Shown here one piece after another: positions 1 to 8,100 of a DNA stretch of 24,685 nt. Each line of letters begins with the position of its first letter. The first letter of the stretch is position 1. The position numbers and the translations under genes are program-made. The notes below the pieces were generated by a model. The model made no database searches. It was not told the DNA's origin and saw nothing but the letters and a program-made list of their open reading frames with translations. Origin of the DNA: a bacterium (lineage in GTDB: Bacteria; Hydrothermota; Tepidihabitantia; Tepidihabitantales; Tepidihabitantaceae); assembly GCA_046485285.1 (NCBI GenBank), contig JAWOHE010000087.1:1-24685 (forward strand), given 5' to 3'.

Positions 1-1
1 C

Positions 2-481
2 TGGCTGGGCGACATCACGCAGTTTGCGACCGGCGAGGGCGTCTTGTACCTGGCGTTCCTGCTCGACCTGTGCTCGCGGATGATTGTCGGCTGGGCGGGC
101 GGGGCGACCAAGGATCGCCGGCTGACAATCGGGGTGCTCGAGATGGCCCTTGGCTGGCGGCAGCCGCCGGAGGAACTGGTCCATCACACTGACCGTGCCA
201 GGCAGTATGCCTGTGCCGGCTACGTCGCCGTGCTCCGGTGCCACGGCGTACTGGCAAGCATGAGCCGGGCCGGGACGCCGCTCGACAATGCGCCGATGGA
301 GAGCTTCATCAAGACCTTCAAAGCCGAGTTTGTCCGCCGGCACAGCTTCGAGACAAGAGAGGAGGCACTAACGGAGGCTGGCAACTACCTGCAGCTGTTC
401 TATAATTGTGAGCGAAGACACTCAGCCTTGGGCTACGTCAGCCCGGCCGAGTACGAGAAGCAGATGAGAAACCACGCCTGA
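2..481 (+). CDS. IS3-family transposase OrfB, DDE integrase core, 5'-truncated by the window edge
   Basis: Frame is open from position 2: WLGDITQFATGEGVLYLAFLLDLCSRMIVGW...HHTDRARQY...SMSRAGTPLDNAPMESF...YNCERRHSALGYVSP. There are 35 residues between the second Asp and the Glu (DD35E). Confidence 0.95.
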   Translation, partial: WLGDITQFATGEGVLYLAFLLDLCSRMIVGWAGGATKDRRLTIGVLEMALGWRQPPEELVHHTDRARQYACAGYVAVLRCHGVLASMSRAGTPLDNAPMESFIKTFKAEFVRRHSFETREEALTEAGNYLQLFYNCERRHSALGYVSPAEYEKQMRNHA

Positions 482-486
482 CTGCA

Positions 487-511
487 TGTCTACAATACTG
501 GTGGCAGTCCA
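487..511. repeat. Putative right terminal inverted repeat of the IS3 element
   Basis: Lies just after the transposase stop and ends in CA. The left IR is not in the window, so pairing cannot be confirmed. Confidence 0.65.
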
Positions 512-652
512 TCTCGCTGTGGCGCCAGTACGACACATTCGCTGTGGTCTGACACATCCTTGCGGCCCGGGAGGTGCAGTGCCCGGCGGGGCGCCCGGGC
601 CGAACGAGGCTACATACCTCTCGTGCCTCCCCGTCAAGACCGAGGAGGACAG

Positions 653-1085
653 ATGGTCGGAACAGCACCTGTTCTGACGGCCCTGCTCGCGATCGCCGGG
701 CCCGGACCGAACGTTGGTCCATCGCTACGACGGCCCGGCCGGCGGGAATGACGCGGGACGCTCGCTGGTCGTGGCTCTGAATGGCAGCATCTACGCCGCT
801 GGCGAAAGCTGGGGCAGCGGCACGGGCGCCGACTTTGCCGTCATCAGCCTCGACCCCGAGGTGGGCGCGGCCGAGCCGGGACGGGAAGCCGGTCGGGCGC
901 GGCACCGAACCTCGCTCGTCGCCGACCGTCTGCACGCCGACGCGGCGGGTTCCCTGCTTGACATCAGCGGTCGGGCGGTGGCGGGAATCGAGCGGGGCGA
1001 CAACGAGCTGCGGCGGCTTCCTCCCGGGGTCTACGTCGTGCGGACCCGGCTGGGCGTGACCGGCCGGGTCGTGAAGGTCCGCTGA
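653..1085 (+). pseudogene. Frameshifted secreted protein: signal peptide, one beta-propeller-type repeat and a T9SS-type-A-like C-terminal domain
   Basis: Strong SD (GAGGAGG, 642-648) before ATG 653 and the signal-like MVGTAPVLTALLAIAG. The reading needs two single-base insertions near 700 and 717 to continue as ..RTERWVHRYDGPAGGNDAG..GSIYAAGESWGSGTGADFAVISL. The tail is LLDISGRAV..LPPGVYVVR..GRVVKVR. Confidence 0.7.
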
Positions 1086-1097
1086 CCGCCGGACCGG

Positions 1098-1355
1098 TCA
1101 GGACTGCTTGCGCTCGCGCATCGGCCGGCGGAAGAACAGCACCGCCCGGGTCATCACGCCGTCCTTGTCCGAGCCGTTGATGACCCCGGTCAGCTCCCAG
1201 CCCTGCGCGCCGAACTCGTTGATGTACTTCTCGACCTCGGCCATCCCGGAGCGCGGCTTCTTCTCGCCGTCGACGCGCACGCCCCAGCGGGCCATCGCGA
1301 GCACCGGGCTCATGTGAATGTCAATCCAGGCCAGGCGGTATTCCCATTTCTGCAT
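1098..1355 (-). CDS. DUF4177-family small protein
   Basis: MQKWEYR...INEFGAQGWELTGV...VLFFRRP pattern, with SD AAAGGA upstream. Confidence 0.85.
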   Translation of the reverse strand: MQKWEYRLAWIDIHMSPVLAMARWGVRVDGEKKPRSGMAEVEKYINEFGAQGWELTGVINGSDKDGVMTRAVLFFRRPMRERKQS

Positions 1356-1374
1356 CAGTTTTCCTTTCGCTCCG

Positions 1375-1402
1375 ATGTTAGCCGCGCACGGGTCAGGGTC
1401 AA
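1375..1402 (-). promoter_or_regulatory. sigma70-like promoter for the DUF4177 gene
   Basis: TTGACC-16 bp-TAACAT on the minus strand. Confidence 0.6.
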
Positions 1403-1440
1403 GCCGTGCCCGACCTCGGGCCGCTGTCTTCAGCGCGGGC

Positions 1441-1469
1441 TTGACCGGCGACCCTCCCCGGGCAAGATT
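1441..1469 (+). promoter_or_regulatory. sigma70-like promoter for the aldolase-TrmH fusion (probably leaderless)
   Basis: TTGACC followed by CAAGAT (16-bp spacer) or AAGATT (17-bp spacer). ATG 1475 lies 5-6 nt downstream with no clear SD. Confidence 0.45.
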
Positions 1470-1474
1470 GGCGG

Positions 1475-2800
1475 ATGGTGAACGGCGAACTCGTTCGGAA
1501 CCTGCTCGCGCCCTGGCGTGACGAAATCGCCGGCGTCGCCGGCGAGCTCGCCCGCGCGGGCTGGGCCGAGGCGGGAGCGGGCAATGTCTCGGTCCGGCTC
1601 GATGGGCCGAACCCCGCGGCCGCGGCGGACCGGGCGCTGCTGCTGCCGCTCGCGGTCCCGGAGCTCGCCGGCCGCGCCTTCATCGTGTCGGTCGCCGGCA
1701 GCCGGATGCGGGAAATCGCCCGGGACCCGGCGCCACACTTCGGCCTGCTTGCCGTCGGCCCGGACGGCGCGTCCGGCCGCTGGCTCGGCGCCCGGCCGCC
1801 GACGAGCGAACTCGCGGCTCACCTCGCCTGCCACGCCGTGCTGGCCCGGCAATCCCCCGCGCAGCGCTGTCTGCTTCACGCCCACCCGACCGCGCTGATT
1901 GCCCTGGGCCGGCTGGTTTCACGCCCGGATGACCTCCTCGCCATGCTCGCGCCGGCCGGCGCCGAGAGCACATTTCTCCGCGACCGGCTCGCCGTCACTC
2001 CGCCGCTGCCGCCCGGCTCGGAAGAGCTGGCCCGCGCCTCGGCCGGGCTCGTCGGCCGGTTCCCGGCCGTGGCCTGGCCCGGCCACGGGATGCTCACGGC
2101 CGGTGAGACGTTCGGCGCCGCGCTTGACCTCATCCAGCTCGCCGACAAGGCCGCGGCGGTCGCGCTCGCGGGCCTTCACCCCGCGGCCGGCACGCGCGCC
2201 GTCGGCCGGCCGATGCGCCCGGGCCGCTCGCTCCAGGGCCGGCCCGCGCCCGACGGCATCGAGACCCGCTACGAAGTCCGCTCCCGCGACTCGGCCCTGC
2301 CGCCTGCCGAGTTCGCCCGCCTGCCGCGCCGGCCGGTGTTCATCGTGCTTGACAACATCCGGAGCGCGTTCAATGTCGGCTCGATCTTCCGGCTTGCCGA
2401 CGCCTGCCGCGCGGCCGAGGTCATCACCTGCGGCTACACCGCTCATCCCCCGCACCACAAGCTCGACCAGGCCGCGCTCGGCACGACCGGCTCGGTGCCG
2501 TGGCGGTCGGCCCGGAAGACGGTCGCGGTCTTGAGCGAACTGCGCGGCCGGGGTGTCCAGCTCGTCGCGGCCGAGACCGCCGCGCCGGCCGTGCCCTATC
2601 ACCGGTTCGAGTACCGTCCGCCGGTCGCGCTGGTATTCGGCAACGAGGCGCTCGGCCTGCCCGGGCTGGTCCTCGACGCCTGCGACGGCGTGGTCGACAT
2701 CCCGGTCGCCGGGCTCAAGAACTCGATCAACGTCGCGGCCGCGGCCGGCATCCTGCTCTTCGACCTCTGCCGCCGCCAGGGCTGGCTGGAACCCGGCTAG
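1475..2800 (+). CDS. Fusion of a class II aldolase/adducin domain (RhaD-like) and a SpoU/TrmH-family RNA methyltransferase
   Basis: N-terminal half: GWAEAGAGNVS, PTSELAAH, HAHPT, WPGHG. C-terminal half has the SPOUT motifs LDNIRSAFNVGSIFRLAD, LVFGNEALGL and IPVAGLKNSINVAAA. Confidence 0.88.
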   Translation: MVNGELVRNLLAPWRDEIAGVAGELARAGWAEAGAGNVSVRLDGPNPAAAADRALLLPLAVPELAGRAFIVSVAGSRMREIARDPAPHFGLLAVGPDGASGRWLGARPPTSELAAHLACHAVLARQSPAQRCLLHAHPTALIALGRLVSRPDDLLAMLAPAGAESTFLRDRLAVTPPLPPGSEELARASAGLVGRFPAVAWPGHGMLTAGETFGAALDLIQLADKAAAVALAGLHPAAGTRAVGRPMRPGRSLQGRPAPDGIETRYEVRSRDSALPPAEFARLPRRPVFIVLDNIRSAFNVGSIFRLADACRAAEVITCGYTAHPPHHKLDQAALGTTGSVPWRSARKTVAVLSELRGRGVQLVAAETAAPAVPYHRFEYRPPVALVFGNEALGLPGLVLDACDGVVDIPVAGLKNSINVAAAAGILLFDLCRRQGWLEPG

Positions 2801-5157
2801 GGCAGGACCAGGAAGCTGACCGGTTCGCTCTCCCGCTTCCCGGCCCGGACCCGGAGCGTGTGTCTGCCCGGCTCGAGCGGCCAGAACCAGCCGCCCGGCG
2901 GCTCGACCCGGGCGAGCTCGCGGCCGTCAAGCAGCCACACCGCCTCGGTCGTTCCCTCCGGGACCGCCGCCCTCAGCCGCACCGCCTGGGCCGCCCGGGA
3001 AATGTCCGGGTCGAGCTTGAACACGTCGCCGTCGTCCGGGAACAGCACCGCCGGCCGGCCCGACTCCCGTCCCGACGCAGATCCCGAGGGCGTAATCGCA
3101 ACCAGCCGCTCACCATCGGCCAGCCCGGCCTGCTCCTCCATCCACGCCCGGTACTCGGGCGGGTAGTGCTCGACCACCCGCCAGTCGGCCGCCGCGCTGT
3201 CGAGCCGCCCGGCCGCCGGCCGGCCGCTCACCGGGTCGAAGGCTATCAGCCGGTGCACTTCGCAGTATTTTGATGGCTCCCGGCCCCGGCAGAAGAACTC
3301 ACGCACCGCGGTCGGGCAGTGCGGGCCCGGTCTCGCGCCGGAGACCGGACAGACTTGAACCTCCGCGATGCCATCAGGCATCGGGAAGTGCGCAGGCTCG
3401 CGCTGTTGCGCCGCGAGCATCACGTCCCGGAACAGCGGCCCGGCGCCGGTGACGCCGGATACCCGGCGCATCGGGCTGCCGTCGAAGTTGCCGACCCAGG
3501 TCCCGACGACGTAGTCACTGGTGTAACCGATTGCCCAGTTATCACGGTAATCCTTTGAAGTTCCGGTCTTTACCGCACAGGGAAACGGCAGGTCCAGGGA
3601 TGAGAACTCGCCGAAGCCCGCGGCCCGGGCGTCATTGTCGGACAGGATGTCGGTCACCAGCCAGGCCGCTTCCGGGCTGAGCAGCCGGGTCGGCTCGGCC
3701 GGCTCGTCCCCGGCCAGCAGCCGCACCGGCGTGAACTCGCCGCGGTTGGCCAGCAGCCGGTAGGCATTGGTCAGCTCAAGCAGGGACATATCGCCGACGC
3801 CGAGCGCCAGCGCAAGCCCGTAGTGGTTTGCGGTCCGGTCAAGGCCGGTCGCGCCGGCCGCGCGAAGGAAACCGAGCAGCCGCTCGGGTCCGAGCCGCTC
3901 CAGCACCCGCACCGCCGGGATGTTGTAGGAACAGGCCAGCGCCTGCCGCGCCGGGACCGGCCCGCGCCACTGGCGGTCGTAGTTGACCGGCCGGTAACTG
4001 CCTGCGGCCTCGCCGAACCAGCTCGGCAGGTCGGGCAGTATCGTGGCCGGAGTCAGGTCCGACTCGAACCCGAGCGCGAACACGAACGGCTTGACCGCGG
4101 ACCCGGTCTGACGCGGGCTCAGACAGGCGTTGACCTGCCCTTCATCCGGGTCAAACCAGTCGCGCGAGCCAACCATCGCCAGCACGTCGCCGGCCCGGCG
4201 GTCGAGCACGACGACTGCGCCATTGGTCACCCGGCTGCCGGCAAGTAGCTCGAGCTGACGGTCAACCAGCGCCTCGCAGGTGCGCTGGAGCCCGAGGTCG
4301 AGCGTGGTCCGGACCCGGTCCTCCCCGTCCCCGATGCCGTGCCCGCGCTTGAGTACAAGCTCGCAGAAGTGCGGGGCGAGGAAACGACCCCGCGGCCGGC
4401 GCACGACCACCGACTCGGCCAGTGCCTGCCGGTACTCGAACTCGCCCAGCCGGCCCCGACGGCGCAGCATCGCGAGGATGTCGCGCTGGCGGGCAAGCGC
4501 GCGCCGGTAGTTCCGGTACGGGTCATACCCGGCCGGCGCCCGCGCCAGCCCGATGAGGAACGCGGCCTGGGCCGGCGACAGTTCGCGGCATGAGCGGTCG
4601 AAGTACCGCCGACTTGCCGCCTCGACGCCCCAGACCGAGCCGCCGAATGGCACCCGGTTCAGCCATGCTTCGAGAACCGCCCGCTTGTCGGCGTGGAGTT
4701 CGAGTCGGACCGCCTCCAGCATCTCGGCCAGCTTGACCGGCAGGGTCCGACGCGCGGCCGGGTAGCGGTTGCGGACGAGCTGCTGGCTGATTGTCGAGCC
4801 GCCGGCCACGACCCGGCCCGCCCGCACGTTGGCGACCAGCGCCCGGGCGAGCCCGACCGGGTCCACGCCCGGGTGATACCGAAACCGACGGTCCTCGACC
4901 TCGACCGCAATCAGGGGCAGGTGCGGCCCCATCTCGTCGAGCGCCAGCCAGTGGGCCGTACCCCAGGGCGCGGACCGGACCACCCGGAGCTGCCCGCCGT
5001 TACGGTCGGTCAGTTCGAGCGAGCGGAAGCCGTCGCCGCGCAGGACCGCGCCGGGCACCGGCACCGCGAGGTACGCGACCAGCGCGACGAACACGACCTG
5101 CGGCAGTGCCGCCGCAACCGCGAGCAGGAGCGGTCCGACGGCCCGACGGCCACTCAC
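2797..5157 (-). CDS. pbpC: Penicillin-binding protein 1C
   Basis: Transglycosylase motifs EDRRFRYHPGVD and GGSTISQQLVR; transpeptidase motifs SAVK, SYN, KTG; C-terminal BiPBP_C-like segment (WLLDG..WPLEPGRHTL). Starts 3 nt after the alpha-2-macroglobulin stop, the classic gene pairing. Confidence 0.93.
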   Translation of the reverse strand: MSGRRAVGPLLLAVAAALPQVVFVALVAYLAVPVPGAVLRGDGFRSLELTDRNGGQLRVVRSAPWGTAHWLALDEMGPHLPLIAVEVEDRRFRYHPGVDPVGLARALVANVRAGRVVAGGSTISQQLVRNRYPAARRTLPVKLAEMLEAVRLELHADKRAVLEAWLNRVPFGGSVWGVEAASRRYFDRSCRELSPAQAAFLIGLARAPAGYDPYRNYRRALARQRDILAMLRRRGRLGEFEYRQALAESVVVRRPRGRFLAPHFCELVLKRGHGIGDGEDRVRTTLDLGLQRTCEALVDRQLELLAGSRVTNGAVVVLDRRAGDVLAMVGSRDWFDPDEGQVNACLSPRQTGSAVKPFVFALGFESDLTPATILPDLPSWFGEAAGSYRPVNYDRQWRGPVPARQALACSYNIPAVRVLERLGPERLLGFLRAAGATGLDRTANHYGLALALGVGDMSLLELTNAYRLLANRGEFTPVRLLAGDEPAEPTRLLSPEAAWLVTDILSDNDARAAGFGEFSSLDLPFPCAVKTGTSKDYRDNWAIGYTSDYVVGTWVGNFDGSPMRRVSGVTGAGPLFRDVMLAAQQREPAHFPMPDGIAEVQVCPVSGARPGPHCPTAVREFFCRGREPSKYCEVHRLIAFDPVSGRPAAGRLDSAAADWRVVEHYPPEYRAWMEEQAGLADGERLVAITPSGSASGRESGRPAVLFPDDGDVFKLDPDISRAAQAVRLRAAVPEGTTEAVWLLDGRELARVEPPGGWFWPLEPGRHTLRVRAGKRESEPVSFLVLP

Positions 5158-5160
5158 CGG

Positions 5161-8100
5161 CTACTCGACCTCGATCACCTGCTGGCCGGTGTACCCGAAC
5201 ACCTCGGGCGCGTACATCTCCTCGACCTTGACCGGTGGCGCGAGGAACCGGCCCGGGGTCAAGGCCTTCATCAGGTAGGTCTTCGTGTGGGTGCCCCGGG
5301 CGAGCGACGTCGCGAACAGCACGTAGCGGTCGTCATAGGCCTCCTCGTGGTCGAAGCCGCCCTGCCACGGGCTCGCGTCAGCCTGCCGGGCCTCGCCCAG
5401 CCGTTCGGCCAGCGCGCGGCTCTCGGTCGCGAACGAGGTGTTGACAATCTCGAACCCGGCCGGCAGGGGGTCGTCGAGCACGACATAGAGCCGCTCCTGG
5501 TCGGTATTGACCGTCAGGGTTACGAGGTAGCTCTGCCCGCGCCGGTAGCCGGCCTGCCGGCCCTCGGCCGGCCGGATCGTCTTCTCGACCCGGAAACCCT
5601 CACTCCGCGGCTTGAGCTCGCCGGTCGGCGCATAGCTCAACCTGAGCCCGTAGTAGAGCCGGCCCGGGCCCCGCTTGTCGAGCTCGACCGCCGACCGACC
5701 CGGCTTGAGCCCGGCCATCGGCAGGAACGCCCGCCGGCTCGAAAGCGCCCGCCCCCGGAACACCGCCGCCAGCGCCTCCCTGCCCTCGAGTCGCACGGTC
5801 AGAGCGAAGTCGGGCGTGACCTTCTCGTAGGCCCGGTAGTAGGCGGCGAGCGCGTCGAACACGTAGGCATTCTCCTGGGTCGTCCGCCAGCGCCCGGCCC
5901 GTCGCTCGCTCAGTAGCCAGCGCGCGACCTTCTCCGCGTGCTCGAATCCGCCGCGCGCGGAAAGCAGCGCCTCGAGCACGGCCGCGGTCGTCCGGACGTT
6001 CGAATGCCAGACCCAGCCGCCCTCGGTCGCCTCCTCGAAGTGAGCGGTTGTCGGGCTGAGCTTGACCTTGTTCAGCAGGGCTGAGGCCACCCGGTTCGCG
6101 GCCTCGCGCGCGCCGGCCCGGGCCAGCGCCTTGAGCAGGCAGGCCTTGCCGAACGTGGAGAGCTGGTCAATGCTCTCGACCAGCAGGTTGAGCTGTCCGG
6201 CCGCGTCCGCGTCCCAGAGTGACAGCGCGTGAAGCGCCAGCGCCCGGGTCGCAAGCCGCTCGTCGGCCGAGTAAGGCCAGTCGCCGCCCGGCTTCGAGTA
6301 GCTCAGCCAGTTGAGGAGCCAGGCCCGGCCGAGTGCCGCGACCTTCGCGTCGACCGGGTAGCCGGCCTCGCGCGCCCGGCCCAGCACGTACAGGCAGTAG
6401 GCCGAGAGGTAGGGCGATGCCTGGCCGCGGTAGCCCTCCCCGGCCCAGAACCGGAACCCGCCGGCCTGGTCCTGGTAACGACCGACCTGGTCGAGTTCGC
6501 CCTGGACGAACTTCCGCAACTCCGCACCCCGCAGATCCGACAGCCCGAACTCGTTGATGAGTTCCTCGCCGGCAACGAATGGCAGGACCTTGCTCAGCCG
6601 CTGTTCGAGGCACTCATAGGGGTAGGTCCGCAGATACTCAAGCCCGCGCTCGAGTCCGGCAAGGCCCGAGGACGCAGCGGTGATTTCCAGCCCGCCGACC
6701 CCGGGTAGCGCGTCCGCCGGCACGCTCAGCCACTGCGTCACGAGCGAGTCCTCGCTCGATTCGAAGAGTGCGACCGCCTCGACAAGCAGCGGGTTGCGGA
6801 CCGGCAGTGGCAGTCGCAGCGCGTCACGGTAGCTCCCGGCCGCGGCCTCGAACGATACCTCGGCCGGCCCGTCGCCTTCGCATCGCCAGTCGAACACCAA
6901 CTCGACCGGCTCGCCTGGCCTGACGCTCACCCGCCGGCTCGCCTGACTGCCGATGACCGCCGCGCCGCTGCCGCGGGCCCGGACCTCGACCTCGAGCTCC
7001 CGGCCGGTCCGGTTGTGCACCATCACCCCGGCCCGGAACTCGTCACCCGGCCGCATAAACCGCGGCAAGGACGGCGCGAGCAGCAGCGGCTTGTTGGCCC
7101 GGAACCGTGCCTCGCCCGACCCGAACTCCTCGACCGTCGCCGCCACCGCCATCGCCTGCCAGGTCGTCAGGTTGTCGGGCAGGACGACACGCACCCGAGC
7201 CCGTCCATCCGCCCCGGTCCGGACCGCGGGCAGCCAGAGCGCGGTTTCGAGGAACTTCTCCCGGAACCGGCCGCCGAACTGCTCGCCGGCCGCGCCGGTG
7301 GACGCCCCGCGCACTTCACCATCGCCGGCCGCCCCTCCCTTCTGGCCGTAGTTGCGCTGTCCGACGACGTGCAGCCGCGACTCGACCGTCGCGACCGACA
7401 GCCACCGCGGGGCGTAGAACACCGCGAACGGATCCGGCGTCTCGAACCCGATGAGCCTGAGCACGCCGAGGTCAACGACCGCGACCACGACCTCGGCGCG
7501 CGCCGGACCGCCGTCCCGGTGCCGGACCTCGATGTCGAGCTCGACCGTGTCGCCCGGCTCGTACTCGTCCCGGCCGGTGCCGAGCTTGACCCGCAGGCGC
7601 CGGGATTCGGCCTCGACCGGCAGTTCGACATAGCCGACCCGGAAGGCCGGCTTGCCCAGGTCCTGCCCCTCTTCGCCGAAACCGGCGTCCGCGGTCCGGC
7701 CCTTGAACAGCATCACCGACACGAACGCGTTGGGCAGGTACTCCTCGCGCACCGGCACCCGGACGTAGTCGGCATTGCCCTTGATGTCGACCATGAAGCG
7801 GTCGAGGACGTGCTCGCGCTCGATTGTCACCAGCGCCCGGACGTTCTGCCAGGGCGACTTGACGAGGATTCGGGCTGTGTCGCCCGGCCGGTAGCTCGGC
7901 CGGTCCCGGACCAGCTCGAGCAGGTCGTCGTCCTTCATCAGCCACGACGCCTCGCCCGGGCCCGCGACCCAGAAGTTCGCGTCGGTGCGGACCGGGTTGC
8001 GGCGCCGGTCCTGGCCCTCGACCCGGAGCCAGTAGTAGCCCGGCCGGTCGGGCCGGAACGACCTCTGCACCGGCTCGATCCCGGTCCGGACCCGGAACGA

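Larger units (their letters stand above)
1..511 (+). mobile_element. IS3-family insertion sequence, right part (left part outside the window)
   Basis: IS3-type integrase-core ORF followed 5 nt after its stop by a terminal-IR-like sequence ending in CA (tgtctacaatactggtggcagtcca, 487-511). IS3 elements have TG...CA ends. The segment looks less GC-rich than the flanking genes. Confidence 0.85.

Noticed and set aside
607..637. Leftward promoter (TTGACG) facing the IS
   Set aside because: The only reasonable -10 (TAGCCT) is 19 bp away, which is too weak to call.
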